64,000 nucleotides of DNA from IMG/VR virus record IMGVR_UViG_2802429052_000001, positions 27,845 to 91,844 of that record. The stretch is one strand, 5' to 3'. The position numbers and the translations under genes are program-made. A model generated the notes under the pieces. It worked only from the letters and a program-made list of their open reading frames with translations. It did no database searches and was not told the origin of the DNA. This document shows, piece after piece, positions 9,131-18,493 of this stretch. How positions within the stretch are numbered: the first letter of the stretch is position 1; every line of letters starts with the position of its first letter. The DNA comes from a virus (Duplodnaviria > Heunggongvirae > Uroviricota > Caudoviricetes).

Positions 9131-9877
9131 CTAGTGAGATACCTCATCGAGACCATTTTCCCGCAGCGTGGCCGTCATCGCCTCGACAACCCTTGCGGCC
9201 GGCCAATCATCCGGCGCTGAAATCAACGTGCCCCCGGCCAGCTCAGTCGCGGTTAGCCGGTCAACGAGATGGCTGACCGTACCAACCTCGGCGCTGATCC
9301 ACATTCGGTAGCCGACGCCGATCTTCCAGTTGCCACGACGAGCGAGACGACGCACTGCGAGATCCGCGAATTCGGTGGTTGCGGGCTCCCACGTCTCGAC
9401 CACCGCAGCTGTTACGGCGTCGGCATCCACAGACCGCAGCGCGTTCTCATGCGCTTCACGGAGCTCGACTGCCAGACGGCGGCGAGGTAGCCGCTGTCCG
9501 ACTGCTGGGTGACCGGCTGCGATACGCACCAGAGGGGAAACACGGGGGCCTGCGCCCGAAATGGTGAAGGAGTAACCCTCACCGGGTAGCGCATCACCGA
9601 TATCTTCCGAGGCCCCTACGAATTCACGAACGGGATGTTTGCGAACTATGTTGACCAGTTCGTCGGGGGAACCTTCCCACAGTTCCCAATCGTTGTCGGC
9701 CGCAATCTGCCAGCTCGATACGTCGAACGCTGATTGCAACGAACGGAGCAGGCTGTCGGTGCGTGCGGCGATCCATTCGGGAGATTCGCCAGCTGCTACC
9801 CGGAGAGCGAGCAGCGACGGCCGCGATGCGCCCCAGACTGGGTTCTGCACCTCGTTCACAGCTGCCACCTCACTCAT
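9131..9877 (-). CDS. Putative immunity protein for toxin 9874..11892
   Basis: Start overlaps toxin stop (ATGA); position and coupling typical of immunity genes; no recognisable domain. Confidence 0.5.
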   Translation of the reverse strand: MSEVAAVNEVQNPVWGASRPSLLALRVAAGESPEWIAARTDSLLRSLQSAFDVSSWQIAADNDWELWEGSPDELVNIVRKHPVREFVGASEDIGDALPGEGYSFTISGAGPRVSPLVRIAAGHPAVGQRLPRRRLAVELREAHENALRSVDADAVTAAVVETWEPATTEFADLAVRRLARRGNWKIGVGYRMWISAEVGTVSHLVDRLTATELAGGTLISAPDDWPAARVVEAMTATLRENGLDEVSH

Positions 9878-11892
9878 GGTTTCGGAGTGTAGATGACCTC
9901 TACACCGTAGACACCGTTTGAATCGAACAGGTCACGAAGGGCCGCGGCACCATAGGGATCGGATACGTGCCACTCAAGTCTCGCACCTGGTGGGAGCGCG
10001 CCGAGCTGTCGGTCAACTTGTTCGAGCGCCGACTCTGCCCGCCCCGTCCAGTACGCGTTGTCCGGCGCGAACGCCAAGCCCCGAAAGCCGTCCTTTGCTT
10101 CGAGAAAGACCTCTTGCGGGCCGCGATAGGTGTGTCCGTCGAAGGAAACTGGGGCTCCCGTATCTAGGTCATGTTGCACCCATTCGGGCAGTGCTCCGCT
10201 GGGTGTTCGTTCAATTCCGCCGATTTGTTCCTGGTACGGCATCCAGTCTTTGTCGAAGTTGTGGTTGATGTGCTTCCAGCCTGGCTCGGTGTCGCCCTTG
10301 TTCCATGTGGCCTCGGGGGTGCCGGGCGGCCATCCGCCCGGGTGGTGCGGGTCCCCGGAGGTGTAATGCTGGCCGCCGCCAGGATCGAACTCATATGGTG
10401 CGGGCGGCTGATACGACGGCGGGGTGTGGTCACCACCTGCTGAGGGGGCCTGATGGTCCATCACGGGCCAGGAATGCGCGCCGGCGCCGGGCTGCTCGAC
10501 GTGCGCGGACGTCGGTTCGTGGGTGCTGGATAGATCGTGGGTGATGGCGCGTCCTTCGGTGCCGGTGAGGTCGCCGAGCAGTCCGCGCGCACCGGCTGCC
10601 GCTTCGCCTCCGATTGCCCCGCCTCCGAGGGCTTCGGTGCCGTGGATGATGTTTTTGCCGATGAACTCGCCGGGGTGGTTGTAGAACTCTTTGGCTTGTT
10701 CGATGCCCATCTTGGGCGCGGCCAGTGGATCGCTCGTCAGCTCGTGAACCTGTTTGACTGCGCCCAGGCCTACGTCTTTCCATGCTTCGGCGACACCGGG
10801 AGCGCCCGGACCTGCTTGCCCGGTAAGAACTTTCGCTTGTTCGATCTGGCCGTCAATGGTTTTGGTGGCCTCATCGTTAGCGCGGCCCACGATGTCGTTG
10901 AACTGATCACCGGGTGAGTTATGCAGCGGCACCTGACCAGGGGTGCGCATCGGATCGGCGTCGGGGGCAAAACGCGGTGCCTGCGCCCGCTGGACCGCCT
11001 CATTGACCCGCTGCTCGATCTGGTTGGCGGGCACACCCTCGTGTTGCAGGCGCTCGCGGGTCGCCTGGGCGAACGCGGGAACATCGCGATCGGCCAAGGT
11101 GGGGGCGAGCTTGGCCGGTTTGGTCTTGTCGATATCCCCCACACCGGGCATGGCCCCGATGCTGCCGAGCTGATGCCCATCCACCGACGCGGTTTTCGGG
11201 TACAGCTCTTTGTAATTGATCGTCTCCGGGCCGCTGGCGGCTGCGGCTGGGGTGGTGCTGGCCGGGTCGGTGGCCTTGGGGTACTGCTGTTTGTAGTCGA
11301 TCGTCTCGGCTGCTGGTTGGCCTGGCGTGGCCTCGCGCAGGATCTTGCGCGCATCGACTAGGGCCGCTTTGGGGTTGATGCGGGAGAGCATTTTCTCGCG
11401 CGCGGCATCGGTCTGTGTCTTGAGTTCTTGGGTGGCCTTCTCCCACTTGGCGACATACTCGCGTAGTTCGCGCTCAGCGTCAGCCACGATCTGTTTGTTG
11501 CGGGCCACCGACTTTTCGCTTTCACCCTCAGCCGGGTGATAGGTCATCGTGAAGTCTTGACCGACCGTGACGCCCTCGCGCAACGCGTTGGTGACGATGT
11601 TCTGCCCGCTGGTCAACGGTGGCAACACCTCGAACTCGATGGTGGCGCTGACGAGCTTGACAGCATCTTCGGTGGTGTCGTCGGCGTTATCGGTGCCCTT
11701 GCAGTCATCGGCGGCGGCTTCCTGGGCGGCGCCCGCGAATTGCCCAGACCAGTAGGTTCCGTTCGGGGTGGTGGCCCACCGTTTGTAGTCGTCGTAGGTG
11801 GCTTTCAACGCCGCTGTGCGCGGCCGCAAACTGTCCACCACCGCCATATAGTCGTTGGCCTTCTTGGCCATGAACTCATCGAGGATTGTCAC
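9874..11892 (-). CDS. Polymorphic toxin (672 aa) with WXG100-like N-terminal domain (YWSGQ), Pro-rich linker and C-terminal toxin domain of unknown fold
   Basis: GTG start with GAGG RBS; N-terminal helical domain containing W-x-G; long low-complexity linker; distinct C-terminal about 120 aa. Confidence 0.65.
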   Translation of the reverse strand: MTILDEFMAKKANDYMAVVDSLRPRTAALKATYDDYKRWATTPNGTYWSGQFAGAAQEAAADDCKGTDNADDTTEDAVKLVSATIEFEVLPPLTSGQNIVTNALREGVTVGQDFTMTYHPAEGESEKSVARNKQIVADAERELREYVAKWEKATQELKTQTDAAREKMLSRINPKAALVDARKILREATPGQPAAETIDYKQQYPKATDPASTTPAAAASGPETINYKELYPKTASVDGHQLGSIGAMPGVGDIDKTKPAKLAPTLADRDVPAFAQATRERLQHEGVPANQIEQRVNEAVQRAQAPRFAPDADPMRTPGQVPLHNSPGDQFNDIVGRANDEATKTIDGQIEQAKVLTGQAGPGAPGVAEAWKDVGLGAVKQVHELTSDPLAAPKMGIEQAKEFYNHPGEFIGKNIIHGTEALGGGAIGGEAAAGARGLLGDLTGTEGRAITHDLSSTHEPTSAHVEQPGAGAHSWPVMDHQAPSAGGDHTPPSYQPPAPYEFDPGGGQHYTSGDPHHPGGWPPGTPEATWNKGDTEPGWKHINHNFDKDWMPYQEQIGGIERTPSGALPEWVQHDLDTGAPVSFDGHTYRGPQEVFLEAKDGFRGLAFAPDNAYWTGRAESALEQVDRQLGALPPGARLEWHVSDPYGAAALRDLFDSNGVYGVEVIYTPKP

Positions 11893-11902
11893 GGCTGGAG
11901 CC

Positions 11903-12214
11903 TCATGCGCGTTGCGGCGGCTGATAGATGCTCGGCAACTTGTAGTACCCGGCGTGCAGCTGCTCGGTGGTCAAGAAGCCTCTGTGTGCCTCGTCGTATA
12001 CATCGCTGATCGCCTCCAGGCGAGCGGCGGCGATGCGCTCCACATCCGAGATCGCTTTCGAGAAAGCCTCAAGCGCCGCCAAACCCGGATCCGCCCCAGG
12101 GGTCACATGGTCTGCCGGGATACGCCCCCGGATCTGCCTGGCACTCTCGCGCAGGTGCGGACCAATCTTGGCCATCGCGTCAAGGTCGGCCTGCAACACC
12201 TTGTCATCGCTCAC
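11903..12214 (-). CDS. Small alpha-helical accessory protein (WXG100/Lap-like helper candidate)
   Basis: GTG start with AAGGGGG RBS; about 100 aa helical protein immediately upstream of toxin. Confidence 0.4.
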   Translation of the reverse strand: MSDDKVLQADLDAMAKIGPHLRESARQIRGRIPADHVTPGADPGLAALEAFSKAISDVERIAAARLEAISDVYDEAHRGFLTTEQLHAGYYKLPSIYQPPQRA

Positions 12215-12330
12215 ACCTGCCCCCTTGCCCGATCTGGTTACGGGGCAGACTACAGGCACAGTAGGAAACCGGTCGTGCAATGCCGATCACCGGGCGGCAA
12301 TCTGTCAACAGCAGCGGGGTTGCCCGGGGC

Positions 12331-12573
12331 TCAGCGCCCGCGGGTCGCCAGCTCAGGGCACTCGCTCATGACCTCTTTGTCCACGACAGCCCTGGCAGCA
12401 TCGTAACTGCTGTAGAGGTGTTGATCTTCTGAGAACGTTAGGGCCACGTCGGTCGGCCCCATGCCGGGGTACTTGCGCAGCGTGTCACACACAATCCCAG
12501 TTAGACGAGGACTGGCGTGCGCAATTGGAGCGCACCCGAGAGTGATCACCGCGGCCAGCACGAGCGCCTTCAT
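12331..12573 (-). CDS. Small secreted protein (signal peptide, Cys pairs)
   Basis: N-terminal signal peptide MKALVLAAVITLGCAPIAHA; ATGA coupled to upstream gene. Confidence 0.45.
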   Translation of the reverse strand: MKALVLAAVITLGCAPIAHASPRLTGIVCDTLRKYPGMGPTDVALTFSEDQHLYSSYDAARAVVDKEVMSECPELATRGR

Positions 12574-12920
12574 TCGATGTGCCCCGGCTCGCCAGGAGGG
12601 ATAGTGTCAGCGGTGACGGTGTAGGTCTCGATCCCGCTCCGCTCGGCGGGGATCACGTCATGCGCCCACTGGGGGCAGCCACCGTAGTAGTAGACGCCGC
12701 CGCAACTGCTGTGGACATATTGCGGGTGCCAGTATCGGCGCGCTCGCTCCCATGATCCGTCCGGGTTGATCGGTCCGTCGCACATCTCGAGAATCTGTGG
12801 ATTGAGGCCGAGTAGCGGCACGCGCGCACAGCCGGGTGGTGGTGGGTCAGCATTGGCCGACGGGCTGAACATCAACGCCGCCGCGCAAATTGCGACCACA
12901 ACCCCCGTGATCTTGTTCAT
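12570..12920 (-). CDS. Secreted Cys-rich protein (116 aa)
   Basis: Signal peptide ending ANADPPPPGC; multiple Cys. Confidence 0.45.
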   Translation of the reverse strand: MNKITGVVVAICAAALMFSPSANADPPPPGCARVPLLGLNPQILEMCDGPINPDGSWERARRYWHPQYVHSSCGGVYYYGGCPQWAHDVIPAERSGIETYTVTADTIPPGEPGHIE

Positions 12921-12943
12921 GCGCGGATCGTACTGCGATTTAC

Positions 12944-13180
12944 TCAGCTTCCGGCCAGGAATGCCACCAGTCGATCTACCTTGTCGATCCCCGCGAAATG
13001 CCGGGGCGCCCTGCGACTATCCTGACCATCGGCCCACAAGATCACGCCGGTGTGCGCGTACATGACGGAAACCCACGACGCGGTGCCGGGGCGGCGGTAG
13101 ACGAGCTCGCCACTGTCGCCTCCCACGGCTACCCAGCCATGCACGCGTGCGGCCCGATCGACGGTCTGCTGTCCAGTCAT
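12944..13180 (-). CDS. Hypothetical protein next to integrase (possible recombination directionality factor)
   Basis: ATGA coupling with integrase stop; small size. Confidence 0.3.
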   Translation of the reverse strand: MTGQQTVDRAARVHGWVAVGGDSGELVYRRPGTASWVSVMYAHTGVILWADGQDSRRAPRHFAGIDKVDRLVAFLAGS

Positions 13181-14091
13181 GTCGATTGCCCTTCTGTTGC
13201 GATCGTCGAACGCCGCCGGGTGGCCTTCTTAATTCGGGGAGCGGCACACAGCCGGGAAGCGAGCGCATCGACGCCAGCAGCCCCGCGTCGCGCGGAATAT
13301 CCGAGGTAAACCATTGTGGTAGAGAGGCTTTGATGGCCGAGGGCTTCCTGTATGTAGCGGATATCCACGCCGGCCTCCAGCAGTGCCGTGGCGAATCTAT
13401 GGCGCAGTGTGTGCAGCGTGTAGGGGAGTTTCAGGTTCGCCAGAAACTCCGAAGACGTAACCGAGACATAGTTCGGAGTGACGGGCCCACCCTCGGGGCG
13501 CCGGAACATTGCGCCCGGCTGGCTCATCTGGTTACTCAGGCGCTCAAGCACAATCGGAGGTACCCGCACAATCCGCTGCTTCCCGCCCTTTCCGTGCACA
13601 GTCAGGAACGCGCCGCCGTCGCCGTCCGGCCGAAAATCGCTGCGCTCCATTGCCGCGATCTCTCCGGCGCGCAAACCGCAGTAGCCGGCCAGGAGTAGCC
13701 ACGCATGCATGTCCGACCCGATAGGCGCGGCCATCAGTGCGAGGTCGAGGTGATCGTCGGGGATCGGCCGGGGCATCCGGCGCTTGATCTTCGGCTGGAC
13801 CAGACGTGCGGATGGGTCCGCGGCGATGAGGTTGGCCCCGTGGGCCCAGCGGTAGAACGCGCAGACGTGGCTAGTGTAGGTCTGAACGCTTGAGGCGCAC
13901 ACCCGTAGGGAGCGCTGCCATGCCTCCAGCTGTTCGGGTGTGGCGTCCATCAATGCGGTGTCGCCCAGCCAGCGGTCGAGACGATCGAGTTGGCCGAGAC
14001 GGTGCTCGATGGTTTTCGGAGTCATGTTGCGGAGCTTTAGATACGCTGTGAATGCACTGAGAGCCGCCCCGGAGCTGTGAAGGTTTTCCAT
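13177..14091 (-). CDS. int: Tyrosine integrase (prophage A)
   Basis: SAM-like N-terminal domain, catalytic HTLRHRFAT (R..HxxR) and terminal Tyr in TTMVYL. Confidence 0.85.
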   Translation of the reverse strand: MENLHSSGAALSAFTAYLKLRNMTPKTIEHRLGQLDRLDRWLGDTALMDATPEQLEAWQRSLRVCASSVQTYTSHVCAFYRWAHGANLIAADPSARLVQPKIKRRMPRPIPDDHLDLALMAAPIGSDMHAWLLLAGYCGLRAGEIAAMERSDFRPDGDGGAFLTVHGKGGKQRIVRVPPIVLERLSNQMSQPGAMFRRPEGGPVTPNYVSVTSSEFLANLKLPYTLHTLRHRFATALLEAGVDIRYIQEALGHQSLSTTMVYLGYSARRGAAGVDALASRLCAAPRIKKATRRRSTIATEGQST

Positions 14092-14099
14092 GCCGAATA

Positions 14100-14330
14100 T
14101 GAATAGCGGCTAGGTGATCTTGATCTGACGGTTGTTGCAGGTCAGATGCTTTTTAGAGCGTAACCCGTGACCCTTTGCCGACCGGCGCAAGCCTGACTTA
14201 CGCGGTTCATACTCACGAGTATGAACCGTATAAGTCCGCGTTCCGGCGCGCCAGCTCAGGTCACGGTTTCCGCTCGGGGAAGCAACTGACCTGCAACAAG
14301 TCCACCCGTTCGGTTTCCTAGCAAAAGGAC
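14100..14330. repeat. Quasi-palindromic junction between divergent integrases (putative att/P-arm region); perfect 10-bp inverted repeat GTTCATACTC-ac-GAGTATGAAC at 14205..14226
   Basis: Arms about 80% identical as inverted copies (TTGTTGCAGGTCAG, CCGTGACC, CCGGCGC blocks). Confidence 0.55.
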
Positions 14331-14341
14331 GGGCTGTACTT

Positions 14342-15232
14342 ATGTCACCTGTGAATAATGACACCGTCGTCTCAGAGTTTGCTCGTTATCTGAAGCTGAA
14401 GAACTTCACAGCTAAAACGATCGAGCACCGCTTGGGGCAGATTGCTAGATTAGCTAGATGGCTTGGGGAAACATCTTTGCTGGAGGCCACCCCAGAGCAG
14501 CTTGAGGCCTGGCAAGGTTCGTTGCGGGTGTGCCCGTCTAGCATCCAGACCTACACGTCGCATGTTTGCACCTTCTATCAGTGGGCCTACCGCTGTGGTC
14601 GCACTAGCGAATACGTCGCAAAAGACTTGGTGCAACCGAAGATTCAGCGCCGCATGGCCCGGCCCATCCCCGAGGACCACTTGCGGATCGCGCTGACCGG
14701 CGCGCCTGTCGGGACTGACATCCATGCATGGCTGCTATTGGCCGGATACTGCGGTCTGCGCGCTGGGGAGATCGCGCAGATGTCACGCAACGACTTTCGC
14801 CCCGACGAAGGCGGCGGTGCCTTCCTGACCGTGCACGGCAAGGGAGGGAAGCAACGCATCGTCCGAGTTGCCCCCGAGGTCATGCAACGTCTGGCAATCC
14901 AGCTGAGCCGACCCGGCACCATGTTCTGCCGTCCCCGCGGCGGGCCAGTAACACCCAACTACGTCTCGGTCGTGGGTGCGGAATTCCTAACCAATCTCGG
15001 GCTCCCGTACACGCTGCACACCCTGCGACACAGGTTCGCGACCGTGCTCGCCGACGAAGGCGCGGACCTTCGCGATATCCAGGAATTGATGGGGCACGAG
15101 AGCCTGGCCACCACCATGCGGTATCTCGCCTACTCAACCCGACGTGGAGCGGCGTCCGTCGACTCGCTCGCGTCGCACCTGTGCCCCTCGCGGTCGTCGG
15201 CATCAAGAATGGAACAGCGCAGTCACAAGTAG
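14342..15232 (+). CDS. int: Tyrosine integrase (prophage B), about 70% identical to integrase A
   Basis: Same SAM-like N-terminus and HTLRHRFAT...Y catalytic motifs. Confidence 0.85.
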   Translation: MSPVNNDTVVSEFARYLKLKNFTAKTIEHRLGQIARLARWLGETSLLEATPEQLEAWQGSLRVCPSSIQTYTSHVCTFYQWAYRCGRTSEYVAKDLVQPKIQRRMARPIPEDHLRIALTGAPVGTDIHAWLLLAGYCGLRAGEIAQMSRNDFRPDEGGGAFLTVHGKGGKQRIVRVAPEVMQRLAIQLSRPGTMFCRPRGGPVTPNYVSVVGAEFLTNLGLPYTLHTLRHRFATVLADEGADLRDIQELMGHESLATTMRYLAYSTRRGAASVDSLASHLCPSRSSASRMEQRSHK

Positions 15233-15313
15233 GTGTCACATCTAGGAGGTCGGCCAGCGGACACGAGGGGATGCCCATATGGTCTCCGAATGCCCGCTCG
15301 CCGGTCCCCCTGG

Positions 15314-15595
15314 ATGAACGAACGCGCCCAGTTGCTCGTGCGCTATCTCGCCGAGCAGCACGCCCTGAACATGACCGAGGCCATGGCGCGAGAGCGTATT
15401 TCGGCGAAAGTCGACCTCACGGCCGAGCTGATGGGCATCAGCCGGCAGTCGGCCAAGGCCTACGTCGATGAGGACTACGTGCGCCGGATGGCCGACAGCT
15501 TCGCGGCAGCGGTCCGAGACCTACAAGCTCGGTCACCGCGCCGTGGACTGAGGGCGGTGCCCGACCAGTCTGGCATGGCGACGGAATGGCAATAA
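15314..15595 (+). CDS. Hypothetical HTH-like protein downstream of integrase (possible excisionase/regulator)
   Basis: ORF immediately after int; ISRQSAKAYV helix-turn-helix-like segment; start uncertain (15233, 15290 or 15314). Confidence 0.3.
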   Translation: MNERAQLLVRYLAEQHALNMTEAMARERISAKVDLTAELMGISRQSAKAYVDEDYVRRMADSFAAAVRDLQARSPRRGLRAVPDQSGMATEWQ

Positions 15596-15686
15596 CCCTG
15601 CGAACGCCGTCGAAACGTGCTGTTCGGATGGGTATCGCTTCGCACTCCTATTGCGGTGGCAAACTGGGCGGCGATACCATCCGGCA

Positions 15687-15998
15687 ATGAGTGGAGGGGT
15701 CCTCGGGGTTTCGCCAGAAGAGTTGCAGCGGGTTTCGCGATTGGTCACCGCGACCGCAGGCGGTTTGGCGACTGAGCTGGACGCCCTCGACGCCGAGGTG
15801 TCGCGATTTGTCGGCTCCGGTTGGTCTGGTGGGTCGGCGAGCGCGTTCACCGCGCGGTGGTTCCAGTGGTACGAGGGCGCCAAGCTGGTGCACCAGGGCC
15901 TTGCGCAGATGGGCAGCTTGTTGGCGAGCACCGGGGAGGCGTTCGTGGGCCAGGATGCGGCCACCGCCGCCAACGTCAACGCCGCTGGCGGAATGTAG
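15687..15998 (+). CDS. WXG100 family protein (Esx-like), first of pair
   Basis: About 100 aa helical hairpin with WSGGS W-x-G motif. Confidence 0.65.
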   Translation: MSGGVLGVSPEELQRVSRLVTATAGGLATELDALDAEVSRFVGSGWSGGSASAFTARWFQWYEGAKLVHQGLAQMGSLLASTGEAFVGQDAATAANVNAAGGM

Positions 15999-16007
15999 GG
16001 GGAGGGG

Positions 16008-16298
16008 ATGTCAGGTGAATTCGGCGTTGTGCCCGACGAGCTCATGCGGATCATCGAGCGCATGGCAGAGGTTGAGCAGCGAGCCGAGGCGTCGATAGCG
16101 GCCATGGACACCGAGGTGCACAACCTGCACGCCACCTTCACAGGTGAAGCTGCCACGGCCCACACGCAGGCGCACGAGAAGTGGGCCAAGGGCGCCGAGC
16201 AGATGCGCGAAGCACTCAGGGGCCTACGTGGCGCGAGCCACGCGGCGCACGGCAATTACACGGGCGCCGCTGCCAAGAACATGCAGAACTGGGCATAG
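16008..16298 (+). CDS. WXG100 family protein (Esx-like), second of pair
   Basis: 96 aa, HEKWAKGAEQ central motif, tandem with upstream WXG100 gene. Confidence 0.6.
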   Translation: MSGEFGVVPDELMRIIERMAEVEQRAEASIAAMDTEVHNLHATFTGEAATAHTQAHEKWAKGAEQMREALRGLRGASHAAHGNYTGAAAKNMQNWA

Positions 16299-16302
16299 CG
16301 CG

Positions 16303-17952
16303 ATGGCACCCCCGATTCATGTCGACCCGGTTGCCCTCGATGGCGCCGGTAGAACGGTCTCCAGCTCGGTGGGCGGGTGGGGCTCTGCGCTGTCGGCATT
16401 GCAGTCGGCGCTGTCGAGTTCGGCCGGTATGGGTGGGGATGACCCCGCCGGGATCGTGTTCGCGCGATCGTATGACTCGTCAGCCAAGGAACTCCTTGAG
16501 GCGATGGTGGACGTGTCCAACGGTGCGGGGCGGGCCGCTGACGGCATCCGGGCCTCGGCGACCAACTATTCGCGTGCCGAGGTGGCGTCCAACATCGACG
16601 GCAAGGGTGGCGACCCACTGCCCGCCGCCTCACCCACTCCCTCGGTGAAGGCCGGGACCCCGCCGTCTGCGGTGGGTAGCGATGTTGGCGACCCACCCGG
16701 TTGGTTTCTGGTGGAGCCGTTCATCGGAATGATTTGGCCAAACGGCGATTCGGCGAAGCTGCGCGCCGCTGGCACCGCGTGGACCGCTGCCGGTGCGGCA
16801 TTCACCGCTCAGCAGGCCGGGCTGGCGGGGGCGCAGGCAACCGCGCAGGCCCAGCAGATACCCGAAGGCCCCAAGATCGATAGCGCGTTCAAGACGATTG
16901 ACGGTGCTGTCGGCGAGGTCGGCGGCATGTGCAGCACCATGGGCGCCAAGCTCAACGACTACGCGGCCAAGATCGATACGGCGCATGCGTCGATACTGGA
17001 TCTGTTGGCCCGCTTGGTAAATCCGCTGACCGGTGCCAAACAGGTCGTGGACTGGATTACCGGCGAAGACGACGACGAAATAAAGAAAATCGCCACCGAC
17101 ATCCGCAACATCGTCAACCAGTTCAAGTCGGAAGTGCAGTCGCTCGCGCTGCTGCTGGCACCGATCATCCAGGGCGCATCGATGGTCATCGACACCCTAA
17201 AGTCGTTGGTACAGATGCAAGTTGAGCTTTTCGGCAACGAGATATACAACACCGTGGCCCCGCTAGTGAACGCCACTGCATCCTTTGGGCAGGCCATGAT
17301 CGACAACCCCGGCCAGACAATCCAGATGGCAGCTGGAGTCGGCATGATGGCGGTCGGCTACGACATGATGGCTGCGGCGGGCGTCGGTGAGGTCTTTACC
17401 GGTGGGGCTGCCACGCCGGTCGCTGCGCCCGTCGCTGTTGCCGGTGCTGGCCTGCTCGCTGGTGGCGCGGTCGTCGCCATACCGCCAGCCCTCGACCTCT
17501 CGAAAGAGGCTGCGGTCAACGGTGTGACGGTGATGGAGGCCCGGACTGGACGACCCGGCGAGGGCATCAACCGTGGCGACGACCGCGATTCCATCGGCAC
17601 GTTCACAGGCCGAGGCGGCACGGCGCGGGGATACGGCCGCCAACCAGAGGCGGAGGGTGTCGCCAAGTACAAAGACGAGACCGGGCGTTGGGTGAGCACC
17701 GAGACGAAAAAGTCGAGAGTGGACGGCGTTGACCATGGCCGCTACTACGACGGGCATGCCCGTAAGCCGGACGGTACGTACGAGGGTATCGAGGTGAAGT
17801 CGGGGGGTGCATCGAGGGACGGCCAGCAGAGGGCATTCGATGATGCTGTGTCGTATGAGAATCCGGCCTATGTGACGATCACCAATGAACAAGGCGTCGT
17901 GGAAACAGTGAAGATCACCTCGGTGAGAGTTGTGGAGGTTCCTGCAGAATGA
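16303..17952 (+). CDS. Polymorphic toxin (about 549 aa): helical N-terminal secretion domain, Ala/Gly-rich middle, C-terminal toxin domain (nuclease-like, unassigned)
   Basis: ATG right after WXG100 stop; long ORF; C-terminal about 130 aa module (DHGRYYDGHARKPDGTYEGIEVKSGG) distinct from toxin A. Confidence 0.65.
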   Translation: MAPPIHVDPVALDGAGRTVSSSVGGWGSALSALQSALSSSAGMGGDDPAGIVFARSYDSSAKELLEAMVDVSNGAGRAADGIRASATNYSRAEVASNIDGKGGDPLPAASPTPSVKAGTPPSAVGSDVGDPPGWFLVEPFIGMIWPNGDSAKLRAAGTAWTAAGAAFTAQQAGLAGAQATAQAQQIPEGPKIDSAFKTIDGAVGEVGGMCSTMGAKLNDYAAKIDTAHASILDLLARLVNPLTGAKQVVDWITGEDDDEIKKIATDIRNIVNQFKSEVQSLALLLAPIIQGASMVIDTLKSLVQMQVELFGNEIYNTVAPLVNATASFGQAMIDNPGQTIQMAAGVGMMAVGYDMMAAAGVGEVFTGGAATPVAAPVAVAGAGLLAGGAVVAIPPALDLSKEAAVNGVTVMEARTGRPGEGINRGDDRDSIGTFTGRGGTARGYGRQPEAEGVAKYKDETGRWVSTETKKSRVDGVDHGRYYDGHARKPDGTYEGIEVKSGGASRDGQQRAFDDAVSYENPAYVTITNEQGVVETVKITSVRVVEVPAE

Positions 17953-18419
17953 GGATTGACAAGCCAACCCACATCGCAGAATCAAACCTGGCCAAAATGC
18001 GTACCAGTGACTTTACGGAAGAAATACCAGGCCAGCTCGCAGCGGGGATAAATCGTTTAGGCACAAAGGGATACACGTACTACTCAATCTACCCGGTTGC
18101 GCCAGAGGTCCGATACGATGAGTTCCCATACTCGCCTGAGCGCATCCAAGCCTGTGGTAGGGATGGCAGGCTCACGGTCGAGATTAAACGGCTTGAGGCT
18201 GATGGTGTGCGGCGCCATTACACCATCGGAAGACCTTCTGCAGCAAACGAATCCGAGACCGAAGTGGTCTACAACGGCGATAGCGCTTACCCGGTACGCC
18301 CATCAGAGGTATTGACACCAACCGAGGCCATCAGACTATTCCTGGGCTACTACGACACAGGCGACGTTGCGCCAGGCTGGCACCTGCGCGAGCAACCCGA
18401 ATTCGCCGACGCCGGGTAG
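17949..18419 (+). CDS. Putative immunity protein for toxin 16303..17952
   Basis: ATGA overlap with toxin stop; 156 aa cytoplasmic protein. Confidence 0.5.
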   Translation: MRIDKPTHIAESNLAKMRTSDFTEEIPGQLAAGINRLGTKGYTYYSIYPVAPEVRYDEFPYSPERIQACGRDGRLTVEIKRLEADGVRRHYTIGRPSAANESETEVVYNGDSAYPVRPSEVLTPTEAIRLFLGYYDTGDVAPGWHLREQPEFADAG

Positions 18420-18493
18420 GGTGCATGTCCACCGCTGTGTGGGCACTCCTGTTACCACTTCTGACCTGTGCGTGATCTTGTAATCTGCCGTCC

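Larger units (their letters stand above)
1..14215. mobile_element. Prophage A (partial, left end outside window): tail/lysis genes on + strand, toxin cassette and integrase on - strand
   Basis: Contiguous phage late genes, lysis cassette and tyrosine integrase; mirror image of prophage B. Confidence 0.6.

Noticed and set aside
14728-15471. 247-aa ORF inside integrase B
   Set aside because: Overlaps the integrase in another frame. Arg-rich. Integrase frame supported by catalytic motifs.
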